Source: Candidatus Omnitrophota bacterium
GTDB taxonomy: Bacteria > Omnitrophota > Gorgyraeia > Zapsychrales > Zapsychraceae
Assembly (NCBI GenBank): GCA_021108075.1
Contig: JAIORP010000068.1
Location: 10,594 to 74,593 of the forward strand
DNA length: 64,000 nucleotides
Direction of reading: 5' to 3'
Of this stretch, positions 8,686 to 18,526 are shown piece by piece (within the stretch, counting starts at the first letter, position 1; every line of letters begins with the position of its first letter). The notes under the pieces were generated by a model. It ran no database searches, was not told the DNA's origin, and was given only the letters and a program-made list of their open reading frames with translations. A program made the position numbers and the translations under genes.

Positions 8686-11259
8686 ATGCATATTGTATTT
8701 GTTCATACCGGACAGGAAAGTCTCGGTCTGGAATATTTATCTGCCGTTTTGAAAATTCATGGACACAAAGTGTCATTGGTCTATGAGCCTCTCATTTTTC
8801 GCTCATTTCGGTTTTATTTCCCTTCTTTGGACCGTCATCCACCACAAACGATCGCACAGCGAGCGTTGGCCGCTGAACCGGACCTGATCTGTTTTTCCAT
8901 TGAATCTGATTATTTCGGTTGGGCATGTCAGGTTGTAAGGGAACTTAAACAATTAAAAGATATCCCCATTCTTCTGGGAGGAATTCATCCAACGTCTGTT
9001 CCGGAAAACGTTATTTCAGAAACATCGGTTGATTATATCTGTCTTGGTGAGGGTGAGGATGCCCTGGTCGAATTGGTTGCCAGTCTTGAAAGAAAAGATG
9101 GCCGAATGGATATTTTAAATATATGGTATTGTCGGCAAGACCGTATTATCCGCAATCCTTTGCGCCCATTAAATGAAAATCTTGACGATTTCCCTTTCCC
9201 GGATAAAGAATTGTTTTACCGGGAATACCCTGGTTTTATCAATGATGTCTATACAATCATCACCGGGAGGGGGTGTTGTAACGCGTGCAGTTATTGTTAC
9301 AATAGCATGCTACAAAAACGTTATGAGGGTCGGGGTCGTTATTTAAGGCGTCGGAGCGTGGAGAATGTTATTGCTGAATTGAAGCACGCTCACCGTGTAT
9401 ATCATTTTAAGCGGGTAACTTTTTGTGATGATGTTTTTACCACCGATCTTTCATGGTTGGAGAGTTTTGTCTCTTTATACAAAAAAGAAATCGGTCTTCC
9501 TTTTTATTGCCAGGTTCACCCATCTTTTGTTGATAAAACCAGGATACAGTTGTTAGCCGACGGAGGGTGTACGGTGGTCAATTATGGTATCCAGACTATT
9601 GATGAAAATTTACGCAAACGCTATTTGCATCGCCAGGGATCCAATCGGGAGATTGTTCAGCACCTTAATGATTTTTATGAAACTAAAATTTTTTTGTTCA
9701 CTAATTTTATTGTCGGATTGCCCCGTCAGGACGAGGAAGAATTAATACGCATTGTTGAATTTTGTTGTTCGCATCCGGCCGGATTTCATGATGTGAATTG
9801 GCTGCGGTATTATCCGGGCACTGATATTGTTTCTATTGCTCAAAGGGAAGGCCTTTTGACTGAACAGGACGTCGAAAGGATTAATGCGTCTCGGGATTAT
9901 CAGCCATATGCCCATGGCGGACATGCCCGCACAAAGCAAAGATCGCAGTTAAGAAATTTGATATTTTTGACCCATATTCTCCCGAAGGGTTTGATCCGCT
10001 GGCTGCTGGAGCGTCAACGGTATCGTTTCTTACCAACATTTAATATGCGAAACATGATTGTTATTCCACGATTATTGTTTATGAAATGGGTTAAGGGCAG
10101 GAAATATCCGTATCCAAATCTTTCTTTATTCGGAAATTTGAAGTATTACTGGCATTGCCTTGTCTCCAGGGTTCGTAAAAAAAATACTCGCAAGAAATTT
10201 CATAGATTAACCGGTTTTAAGGCCCTGGTGCGTCGATTTATGAATATGTTTTATTTGTATAAAATGTTAAACAGGAAGGTATGGGTTCAATCATGCCGGT
10301 ATTTTATTTTTCGTTTTATTTTGCGCAAGAAGATACCGGGAACAGCGATACTGGCTTCAACTTTTCATTGTCAGCTGGATTGTGAATGCTGTTCAGCCGG
10401 GATTTTCAGGCGATATTATCAAGGAGTTGAAGAAATGTCCTTGAAAGAAACGGAAGATAAAATTCGAGAGATAGCTAAGATCGGTATTCCACGGCTCCAT
10501 CTTGCGGGCGGGGAACCGTTGCTAAGAAAAGATATTGTAGATATCGTTAAGGTCAGCTCGGACTGTGGGCTGATTGTTTTTCTGGAAACAAACGGTTTGC
10601 TGCTCACAGAAGAAATGATCCTCCGCCTGAAGTCCTCCGGGATTTCCAGTGTTAATGTGAGCCTGGATAGTGCGGATGCGTTTAAACATAACCGTTTAAG
10701 GACACGCGCGGGAGTCTTTGAACATGTCTGTCAGGTGATTACGCTTTGTGTGAAACACAAGGTGAATTGTATCGTGTCGACCTATGCGACAAAAGAGAAT
10801 ATCTATAATGGTGATCTGAATGCTTTAATTCAGTTATCAAAACGTATGAAATGTTATGGGATTCGGGTGATTGCGCCTCAACCGGCAGGGAATTGGATCC
10901 TGTGTGATGATGTGATTTTAAGCCGGGAAGATAATGCTGCAGTTGAGGCGATGATGCCGATTTTTTTTATGGCCCTTAATCGAACAAAGTTGATCCGCTG
11001 TCCGTTACGGACTGCCTATAAATTGTTCATTTTACCTGACGGTCAGATCGCTCCGTGCGAACATTTGCCGTATATTTTTAAGGATTCAAACGGTATGTCT
11101 CTTGAACGGCTTCCTGAGCTCATTAACCGTTTTGATATGTTTTCAAAAAATTATTATTGTCTTCCTCGGGATAGAGATTTTCGTCAACGATATTATAAAA
11201 AAGGAGTGTCCAGGGATATGTCACCCATATTTTTAGATGCTGACGTTCAAAATGATTAA
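8686..11259 (+). CDS. fusion protein: N-terminal B12-binding radical SAM plus C-terminal SPASM-type radical SAM
   Basis: N-half resembles the 29283 protein (LGLEYLSA, ITGRGCCNACSYCYN). C-half resembles 6735 and 27510 (FHCQLDCECCSAG, LAGGEPLLRKDIVDIV). Confidence 0.85.
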   Translation: MHIVFVHTGQESLGLEYLSAVLKIHGHKVSLVYEPLIFRSFRFYFPSLDRHPPQTIAQRALAAEPDLICFSIESDYFGWACQVVRELKQLKDIPILLGGIHPTSVPENVISETSVDYICLGEGEDALVELVASLERKDGRMDILNIWYCRQDRIIRNPLRPLNENLDDFPFPDKELFYREYPGFINDVYTIITGRGCCNACSYCYNSMLQKRYEGRGRYLRRRSVENVIAELKHAHRVYHFKRVTFCDDVFTTDLSWLESFVSLYKKEIGLPFYCQVHPSFVDKTRIQLLADGGCTVVNYGIQTIDENLRKRYLHRQGSNREIVQHLNDFYETKIFLFTNFIVGLPRQDEEELIRIVEFCCSHPAGFHDVNWLRYYPGTDIVSIAQREGLLTEQDVERINASRDYQPYAHGGHARTKQRSQLRNLIFLTHILPKGLIRWLLERQRYRFLPTFNMRNMIVIPRLLFMKWVKGRKYPYPNLSLFGNLKYYWHCLVSRVRKKNTRKKFHRLTGFKALVRRFMNMFYLYKMLNRKVWVQSCRYFIFRFILRKKIPGTAILASTFHCQLDCECCSAGIFRRYYQGVEEMSLKETEDKIREIAKIGIPRLHLAGGEPLLRKDIVDIVKVSSDCGLIVFLETNGLLLTEEMILRLKSSGISSVNVSLDSADAFKHNRLRTRAGVFEHVCQVITLCVKHKVNCIVSTYATKENIYNGDLNALIQLSKRMKCYGIRVIAPQPAGNWILCDDVILSREDNAAVEAMMPIFFMALNRTKLIRCPLRTAYKLFILPDGQIAPCEHLPYIFKDSNGMSLERLPELINRFDMFSKNYYCLPRDRDFRQRYYKKGVSRDMSPIFLDADVQND

Positions 11260-12313
11260 CATCATTGAAATCAACCGATCAGATTTTGAGACCTCATGTC
11301 CGAAGGACGTTCCTTATTGTTATTCCCCGGTCTGGCTGGATGTATATGCAAATGTGTTTTGTTATCGCCCCAAATATTACCATATTATGAATGACCGTAG
11401 CGTGATAGGTGTTTTTTCTTTTGTGTGCATCAAATCGATGCTTTTTGGCAACCGGATTGTCTCAATGCCTTTATCCGATGAGGGGGGGGTCGTATTATTT
11501 GACCCGTCATCGATATCACTTGAGTTTAAACAGGAGATTGTGGGGCAAGTGAGTCGCCTCTTGAAACAAGAAGCCCGATTACAGAATGTAGCAATCATAG
11601 AAATACGCGGATACAATCCACTTGTGCACGAATATGATGCGGATAAACTTTTTTTGAAAAAGAAGGTATATGTCCGATTTGTTTTAGATACAGGGCGTGA
11701 TTATAATTCGCTTCAGGCAAATTATCAGACTAATATTCATAAGAATTTGAAAAAAGCTCAACAGCACATTGCCGTTGATGAGTGTGTCTCAGTTGCCGCT
11801 ATTCCTGAGATCTATAACATTTATTTGCTTCAGATGAGGCAATTTGGTTCACCACCATTATCGATTGATTATTTTAGTTGTCTGCTCGAATCTCTAGTTG
11901 CTAAAATTTTTTTAGCAAAGAAAACAGGATCAGGGATCGTTGGTTTTTTACTGGTATTTATCTATAATAACCGTATGTATGCTGATATCAACGCGAGTCT
12001 TTTATCCTATAATTCCTGTTTTCCGAAAGTCTTTTTGTTTGATGAAAGCATAAAATGGGCCTGTATGAATGGTATCCGGACATATGATTTCATGCGGACC
12101 AGGACAGGGAGTGGCGTTTATGAACATAAAAAGAAGTGGGGCGGAACGGAAAAGCCGATTTATTATTATTATCTGACGACGAAACAGCAACGCGAGCTCT
12201 TGTTGGATCCTGAACAGTCGCGGTTTGTTTTGCCCAAACGGATTTTACAGCATATGCCGTTAGGCGGCCTTAAGCGGATCGGACCATGGATCCGACGAGA
12301 AGCAGGGAAATAA
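11237..12313 (+). CDS. FemAB-like / GNAT-fold acyl(aminoacyl)transferase family protein
   Basis: Size and motif pattern resemble FemAB-related proteins found in exopolysaccharide loci. Alternative start ATG 11252 overlaps the upstream stop. Confidence 0.5.
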   Translation: MLTFKMINIIEINRSDFETSCPKDVPYCYSPVWLDVYANVFCYRPKYYHIMNDRSVIGVFSFVCIKSMLFGNRIVSMPLSDEGGVVLFDPSSISLEFKQEIVGQVSRLLKQEARLQNVAIIEIRGYNPLVHEYDADKLFLKKKVYVRFVLDTGRDYNSLQANYQTNIHKNLKKAQQHIAVDECVSVAAIPEIYNIYLLQMRQFGSPPLSIDYFSCLLESLVAKIFLAKKTGSGIVGFLLVFIYNNRMYADINASLLSYNSCFPKVFLFDESIKWACMNGIRTYDFMRTRTGSGVYEHKKKWGGTEKPIYYYYLTTKQQRELLLDPEQSRFVLPKRILQHMPLGGLKRIGPWIRREAGK

Positions 12314-12315
12314 AT

Positions 12316-13644
12316 ATGCGAGAAAAATTGTTTTATATGATGGCGAATTTGTGCTCGCGCGGTTTTGAAGATCGCATTCAACAGGGGGAGAGCCGTTATT
12401 CTAAACAAGAAATAGAATGTCTTCAGTTTAAGAAATTTATTAAATTATATCGATATGCCTTTGGGCATATACCGTTTTATAAAAAAAAGTATGAGCGTGC
12501 AGGGTTATCCCTTTCGTCTTTAAGCTGTTATGCGGATATCAAGAGAGTTCCCTGTTTATCAAGGCAAGAATTGATTGAACAACAAGAGCTGCTGCACCGT
12601 CGTCAGGGTGTCACGTTCCTGGAGAGTGGAGGAACAACCGGTGCGCGTGTGCATACGCAATTAAATAAAAGCATAGCAGTCAAACGGTACGAGATGCTTT
12701 TACAGATACTCTATCGGGTTGGGTGGCAAATATCTATGCCCAGCGCGGCCTTCTATTCGAATGAATATCGTTATAGCACAAATTTCTTCCCCTTGTTGCG
12801 ACGGGGCCAGTTGAACAAGTTGATTTTTGATTTTATCCAGCAATATGTGATTTACGGTTTTTTTCATAATCGGAAAAATATTTATTTTGGATCAGAACTG
12901 TTTGTGCAAAACAATGCGGACCGGTATTTGAGGCCTGTATGGAATAAGAAACCGGTCTTGTTGATTGCTCGTCCGGATGTCATAACTGTCTTGATAAAAC
13001 AAGGCAAAATAAAGGGGGTTGATTTTCGTCCGATAAAGAGCATTGTGACGGTCGGAAACATGTTAACAGAATCCACACGGTCATTGATCGAGGAGGTTTT
13101 TTCGGCAACAGTCTATAATATGTATGCTTCAACGGAATTAGGCTATATCGGTGTCAGTTGTCCTGGGTCGGGGGTTTCTGTTCATGTCGATGATGAGAAT
13201 TACATCGTTGAAGTGGCAGATAATGATCAAAATGAAATTGTGGTTACCGATTTTAATAATTATATGCTACCCTTAATAAGGTATAAATCATCAGATGTCG
13301 GCGAGTATGCACCCCGAAAATGTTTCTGTGGACGGTCCGGTCAGGTGTTATGTCTCCGGGGCCGGACGCGCAGATTTATTCTTTCTGATACGGAAAATAA
13401 AATTTATGAATATGATGTCATTGAATTTTTTGAGCAATTTAAGGACATCATTAATTATCAAATAGTAAGAAGGCCGGATCAACAATTATCAATGAACATC
13501 GGGGGGGGGCAATCAAAGGGGGATAAAGATCAGATTCTTGTCGATTTTTGTGACAGTTTCAAGATTGATCCCCGGAGAGTTCTCCTCGAGAGTGATGGGG
13601 AGCTGATACGGAGCCCATCCGGTAAAGTTTGTTGTCTCGTATGA
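12316..13644 (+). CDS. PaaK-like adenylate-forming enzyme (phenylacetate-CoA ligase / F390 synthetase family)
   Basis: ESGGTTGA nucleotide-binding motif, with family-like N- and C-terminal regions. ATG preceded by AGGGAAA. Confidence 0.65.
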   Translation: MREKLFYMMANLCSRGFEDRIQQGESRYSKQEIECLQFKKFIKLYRYAFGHIPFYKKKYERAGLSLSSLSCYADIKRVPCLSRQELIEQQELLHRRQGVTFLESGGTTGARVHTQLNKSIAVKRYEMLLQILYRVGWQISMPSAAFYSNEYRYSTNFFPLLRRGQLNKLIFDFIQQYVIYGFFHNRKNIYFGSELFVQNNADRYLRPVWNKKPVLLIARPDVITVLIKQGKIKGVDFRPIKSIVTVGNMLTESTRSLIEEVFSATVYNMYASTELGYIGVSCPGSGVSVHVDDENYIVEVADNDQNEIVVTDFNNYMLPLIRYKSSDVGEYAPRKCFCGRSGQVLCLRGRTRRFILSDTENKIYEYDVIEFFEQFKDIINYQIVRRPDQQLSMNIGGGQSKGDKDQILVDFCDSFKIDPRRVLLESDGELIRSPSGKVCCLV

Positions 13645-13657
13645 TCATCAAACCAGG

Positions 13658-15118
13658 TTGAATGCGCGTATGTCTTATCTAGATATCATTTTGGTGAATG
13701 CCCATCAGGCCAGAACGTCTAAACTGATTGCTTTAACAACGGGGATGACGGCCCCACTTGGGATCACATATATCGCAAGTTATCTGCGAAAGCATGGTTT
13801 TAATGTCAAGATTTTGGACAATGATATTGAACAATTTGATGGAAATCAGTTCAAGCATTATATCAACTCAAATAAACCTCGATGTGTAGCCATCAGCTCT
13901 TTGACCAATTCCATTAACAATGCGTTTTTACTGGCGGCGGTTGTCAAAACCGTAGATCCCGACATCCCTGTTGTTTTTGGTGGCGCGCATGCAACATCGT
14001 TGCCGGAACAAAGCCTCTTAGATCAGGCCGTAGATGTTGTCGTTAGAGGAGAAGGAGAAGAGACGATGCTGGAGTTGCTGGATGCCCTTATCCATCATCG
14101 ACCGTTAACTCAGATTGTAGGCATTACATACAAAGATCACGGTCAAGCTTGTAAGAATCCTGACCGTGAATATATTAAAGATATCGACCGCATCCCTTTT
14201 CCCGCTTATGATTTGTTGCCGATGAATAGATATTATTTAAACTCAACCCGCCGCCTGACGAACCGCAAGATTGGTGTTATTTTAACCGGACGGGGATGCC
14301 CGTATCGTTGTACGTTTTGTAGTCGGTTGTTTAAGACAAATGTGCGCTTGCGATCCCCTGAAAATGTGATCAAAGAAATAAAGTTTTTGATCAAAGAATA
14401 TGGCGTTGGTGAAATCCATTTTTTAGATGACACATTTACGTTCGATAAGGATCGAGCGATCGCTATTTGCCGACTCATTAGAAGGAACAACCTTGATATT
14501 ATTTGGAATTGTAACAGCCGTGTTGAACATGCCTCAGATGAATTGTATTCCGAACTTTATTCCGCAGGGTGTCGTGAACTGTTCTATGGTGCCGAGTCTG
14601 GTTCACAACATATTCTTGATTCCCTTAAGAAGGGGATAAGTCTTGCGCAAACAGAAAAGGCTGTGCAGTTGTGCAAAAAACACAAGATGCTCGTTTATTG
14701 CAGTTTTGTTTATGGCTCGCCAGAAGAAACAAAAGAAACATTGGCTGAAACTCTAGCCTTTGCCAGGAAATTAAACCCTGACTTTGTCGTTTTTTGTATG
14801 CTTATCCCGTTTCCAGGAACAGCCCTTTTTCAAGAAGCTGTTAAACGGGGTTTTATTGATTTAAGGAATGTTGAATGGGATCAGTATATGAATTTAATGT
14901 CAACGGATCCGCCACCCGTTAATATGTCCGTCTTGTCGAATGAGGAATTGATCGCGTGGTCTAAAAAAGCGTTTCGCGAATTGTATTTTAATCCGAGATA
15001 CGTTATTAAGAGTATCAAACGCATCAGCTCCTTTACTCAGGTTTATGAACTTGCACGAGGATTCATGGCTGTTCTCAGCCATCAAATATGGCAATTTAAA
15101 TCTAAGGTTAAAGGATGA
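13658..15118 (+). CDS. B12-binding (class B) radical SAM enzyme
   Basis: B12-like N-domain and TGRGCPYRCTFCS. The track uses a TTG start; alternative ATG at 13670. Confidence 0.9.
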   Translation: MNARMSYLDIILVNAHQARTSKLIALTTGMTAPLGITYIASYLRKHGFNVKILDNDIEQFDGNQFKHYINSNKPRCVAISSLTNSINNAFLLAAVVKTVDPDIPVVFGGAHATSLPEQSLLDQAVDVVVRGEGEETMLELLDALIHHRPLTQIVGITYKDHGQACKNPDREYIKDIDRIPFPAYDLLPMNRYYLNSTRRLTNRKIGVILTGRGCPYRCTFCSRLFKTNVRLRSPENVIKEIKFLIKEYGVGEIHFLDDTFTFDKDRAIAICRLIRRNNLDIIWNCNSRVEHASDELYSELYSAGCRELFYGAESGSQHILDSLKKGISLAQTEKAVQLCKKHKMLVYCSFVYGSPEETKETLAETLAFARKLNPDFVVFCMLIPFPGTALFQEAVKRGFIDLRNVEWDQYMNLMSTDPPPVNMSVLSNEELIAWSKKAFRELYFNPRYVIKSIKRISSFTQVYELARGFMAVLSHQIWQFKSKVKG

Positions 15119-16035
15119 CAAACATCGTCTGTCCGTTTTGTGCGCACAATGAATTCAATGTTTTTTTATCGGTCGGGTTCTATCGTGTTCTGAAGTGTTT
15201 GCGCTGCCATGGGATGTACCGTGATCCCTATCAAACGAAAGTTTTTGATAAGTGTGAAGAGTGCGAGGATAAGTGTTTGCACCAGGACAGCTGTTTTGAT
15301 GATAGTTATCAAGAGCAGTTTTTGTCATCGAAAACCCAATTAGAACAGACCAGATGGAATAGGATAAAGGCGAATACAAATATTTTTGTTAAGAAGTCAA
15401 AAATTATGGAATTGGGAACAGGGGTTGGGGCATTAGCATCTTTAATGCTTGATGATGGGGCTGATTATCGGGGACTGGAAGGTTCGCCATTTTTTTATCA
15501 GCAATGCTTGCGGTTTTTCCCGACATTAAAAGGTCATGTTGTTAATGCGTTCTATCCTGAAGGACATTTTCATCAGGAGACATTCGATCTCATTGTCGCT
15601 AATGATGTTTTGCAATTTGTACCGTATCCCTTGAAATTTTTGAATCAAATAATAACACGCTTGAAACCTGATGGGCAGTTGTATATTGAGGTTTCTAATG
15701 AGTCTGCGTTTAAGCTCAGGGCTTATGTCAGAAAATTTATGGGCTTATATTCGTCAGCCCCGATCCATCCTGGTCATATTAATTTTTTTACAAGGACATC
15801 ATTAAAAGAACTTTTTGATCAGGCAGGATGCTCGATCAGTCGCTTGTTCCAGATATCATTAGCGTCTGATAGGATGCGAATGAAGATGACGATAAGAAAA
15901 AATCCCTCTGCGTTTATCCAGTGCATGAGCAATGTCTTGTCGTTAACCAGGTTGGATCTGATGTTGCAGTTAGGGAATTATGTCTCTGTTGTAGGTATAA
16001 AAAAAATTGAACTTAAAGGGATTAAAAAGAAATAG
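15115..16035 (+). CDS. class I SAM-dependent methyltransferase with N-terminal Cys4 zinc-ribbon-like motif
   Basis: ELGTGVGALA motif I and LKPDGQLYIE. N-terminal CxxC...CxxC. ATGA overlap with upstream gene. Confidence 0.8.
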   Translation: MTNIVCPFCAHNEFNVFLSVGFYRVLKCLRCHGMYRDPYQTKVFDKCEECEDKCLHQDSCFDDSYQEQFLSSKTQLEQTRWNRIKANTNIFVKKSKIMELGTGVGALASLMLDDGADYRGLEGSPFFYQQCLRFFPTLKGHVVNAFYPEGHFHQETFDLIVANDVLQFVPYPLKFLNQIITRLKPDGQLYIEVSNESAFKLRAYVRKFMGLYSSAPIHPGHINFFTRTSLKELFDQAGCSISRLFQISLASDRMRMKMTIRKNPSAFIQCMSNVLSLTRLDLMLQLGNYVSVVGIKKIELKGIKKK

Positions 16036-16128
16036 GTTAAAAGATGAATACATCGATATTTAAAATTTTATATTTTAGTTTTCTGCTTTATTCGGCATTG
16101 AGCGAGGAAATGAAATTGAGGAACTATT

Positions 16129-17130
16129 ATGTATTTTAAGATGAAATTGCGGGAAAAAATCTTTAAGTTTTTTCGGTTAGTTTTATGTCGATTTGCTTAT
16201 CCGCCCAAGGATATCACGATAGAGATATCCACAAAGTGTGCACTAAAGTGTCGTATTTGCTTTCGGTTTCCATTGTCTATTAATGAAAAAACGATGAAGT
16301 GGGAGTTGTTTAAGACTATATTGAACAAAATTAAGTCAGAGCCTCGCCAGAATATTTCCTATTTAAATTTTGTTGGACTCGGAGAAGTGTTCTGTCATGA
16401 CAGGCTGCTGGATGTTCTAAAATATACTAGAGAGTTGTTCCCTGATATCAGCATCAATTTATCAACGAGTCTTGTTCCGTTCAAAGAAGAGGTATTAAAG
16501 CAGATTATCGAGCATGGCCTTGTTGATCAAATGAATATTTCTTTGGACGATGCGCAACCTTGTTCTGAAGATTTTCATCCATGCACAAATGAGACATTAA
16601 ATAATATTGATCGTCTCCTTGAGATGATTCACGTCAGTCATTCTAAAATGATTGTCCGATTTCAAGGCGTCCTCCTCTCGACGGAGCAGGTTCAGAGGAT
16701 ATTAGATTTTGCAAAAGCCAAAGGGGTTTCTTTTGTCCATTTTATCCGTATGGATTTGCATGCTTTCAAAGGTGAAACGGACTTGTCTCGTATCGGACGA
16801 GCACAGGAAATTCAGTTAATGCGGTGGGTTCGCCGATATGGAAAGCAAAGGGACATCACGGTTACACATAATAATTCCTTTAATATTTTTATGCGAATTG
16901 CTTCTCATTTTGATAAATATTGTTTGATGACCGATGATCATATGTTTATTGATGTTGAGGGCAATGTGCTGCCTTGCTTCTTTTTGAGAAAACATGTTTT
17001 TGGGGATCTCAAGCATGAATCCTTGCAGCAAATATATGCAAGGACCCCAAAATTATCTTTTTACTCTGATCAGGAGGTTGTGTGCAAGGGCTGTGATGAA
17101 TACAAGGAAAATTATCATCATAAGTGTTGA
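16129..17130 (+). CDS. radical SAM enzyme with Cys-rich (SPASM/twitch-like) C-terminus
   Basis: CALKCRIC CxxxCxxC motif. C-terminal PCFF...CKGCDEY. Confidence 0.8.
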   Translation: MYFKMKLREKIFKFFRLVLCRFAYPPKDITIEISTKCALKCRICFRFPLSINEKTMKWELFKTILNKIKSEPRQNISYLNFVGLGEVFCHDRLLDVLKYTRELFPDISINLSTSLVPFKEEVLKQIIEHGLVDQMNISLDDAQPCSEDFHPCTNETLNNIDRLLEMIHVSHSKMIVRFQGVLLSTEQVQRILDFAKAKGVSFVHFIRMDLHAFKGETDLSRIGRAQEIQLMRWVRRYGKQRDITVTHNNSFNIFMRIASHFDKYCLMTDDHMFIDVEGNVLPCFFLRKHVFGDLKHESLQQIYARTPKLSFYSDQEVVCKGCDEYKENYHHKC

Positions 17131-17167
17131 TAAACAGAGAAGTGAAAACATAAAGGGTTAAGTGGTG

Positions 17168-18475
17168 ATGGAATATAATGATAAGAATGTCGTTCCGAAC
17201 CAAAATAATTTAAAAAAAGTATTCTTAGTGTCCTCATCAGCTAAATGCAAGCCGAATTCGGTTATCAGTGCCCGGATACTCAAATTTTTTGAAAGCAATG
17301 AATATCAGCTTGCCAGAGATGTGAGGGACGCGAATTTGGTTTTTGTCAATACCTGCGCCTGCACCCAAATGCTCGAAGATAAGACGATCAATCTTTTTAG
17401 AGATATTTATAAAGAGAAAAATGAACAGGCAAAGGTCATATCTGTCGGATGCTTGAACGCGATTAATCGCAAGGCGCTGGAAGATCGTTTTTCTGACCTT
17501 CATATTCTCCAGAATTTGTCCGAACTCAATTCGATAACGGATACATTGGTATTATTCAATAACAGTAAGACTTGTTATTACGATAAACATTTGATGGATT
17601 ATGCTTCATGTGATAAGCATTTCTCTGTGATGGATCGGGGCGTGATCATAGCCGCAGAGATTTTATGTCGAGCCTTTAAAACAACACGTTATCCAAGCGC
17701 TGAGTCAACTCATCTGCCTCAGATTCTCGATGAAATTTATCAAACCAATAAAGCCTGTGTGCAAATTAGTTCAGGATGCAAAGGTCATTGCAGCTATTGT
17801 ATTATCAAAAAGGCAAAGGGTGATTTGCATTCGCGTAAAATAGATGACATTTTAGATGATATCGATGAGATGCATCAAGAAGGGATGATCAAAGATAACA
17901 CGGCGCTAAATCTCGTCGCTGACGATTGTGCGTGTTATGGGATGGATACAGGCGAATCTCTTTTTAGCCTTGTTGCAGCCATTCATGCGCGCTTCACGCA
18001 TGTACCCCTTGAGTTTTGTTATGTGAACCCGTCTTTCATTGTTGAGAATACTAACGCTTATTTAGAAATGTTTCAAAATGTCCGTATCAACAGTATCAAC
18101 ATTCCTTTACAGTCAGGCTCTGACCGGATTATTCAATTAATGGATCGTGATTATGCGGTAGCTGATGTCTTGGGATTTGTTGATCAGGTTAAGAAGATTT
18201 CGCCACACACAATGATTTGGTCCCATTTTATTGTTGGATTTCCATCTGAAACCTGGAAAGATTTTAGTTTGAGTTTGCGTTCGGCCCGTCGCTTCCATTT
18301 TTATGTGCCATCGACGTTCTCTGTTCGCGCCGGAACTAAGGCATCCGGCATGACGAATGATGTTTCTGCTTTTAACGCGAAAATAAGATATCATTTGTTT
18401 GTTCAGCAATTGATTTTTCAGAAGGCTTGTGGCCTGTTGATTCCAAAGATTAAAAATGACGTATCAAAAAGTTGA
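17168..18475 (+). CDS. radical SAM methylthiotransferase-like (MiaB/RimO family) protein
   Basis: N-terminal MTTase-like Cys triad region (CKP...NTCACT). Radical SAM SSGCKGHCSYC. GTG 17162 is the alternative start. Confidence 0.55.
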   Translation: MEYNDKNVVPNQNNLKKVFLVSSSAKCKPNSVISARILKFFESNEYQLARDVRDANLVFVNTCACTQMLEDKTINLFRDIYKEKNEQAKVISVGCLNAINRKALEDRFSDLHILQNLSELNSITDTLVLFNNSKTCYYDKHLMDYASCDKHFSVMDRGVIIAAEILCRAFKTTRYPSAESTHLPQILDEIYQTNKACVQISSGCKGHCSYCIIKKAKGDLHSRKIDDILDDIDEMHQEGMIKDNTALNLVADDCACYGMDTGESLFSLVAAIHARFTHVPLEFCYVNPSFIVENTNAYLEMFQNVRINSINIPLQSGSDRIIQLMDRDYAVADVLGFVDQVKKISPHTMIWSHFIVGFPSETWKDFSLSLRSARRFHFYVPSTFSVRAGTKASGMTNDVSAFNAKIRYHLFVQQLIFQKACGLLIPKIKNDVSKS

Positions 18476-18526
18476 ATTGTTTCGATACGTGTCAATTTTT
18501 TTTAAACCAGTGGGATTATTTTAACA

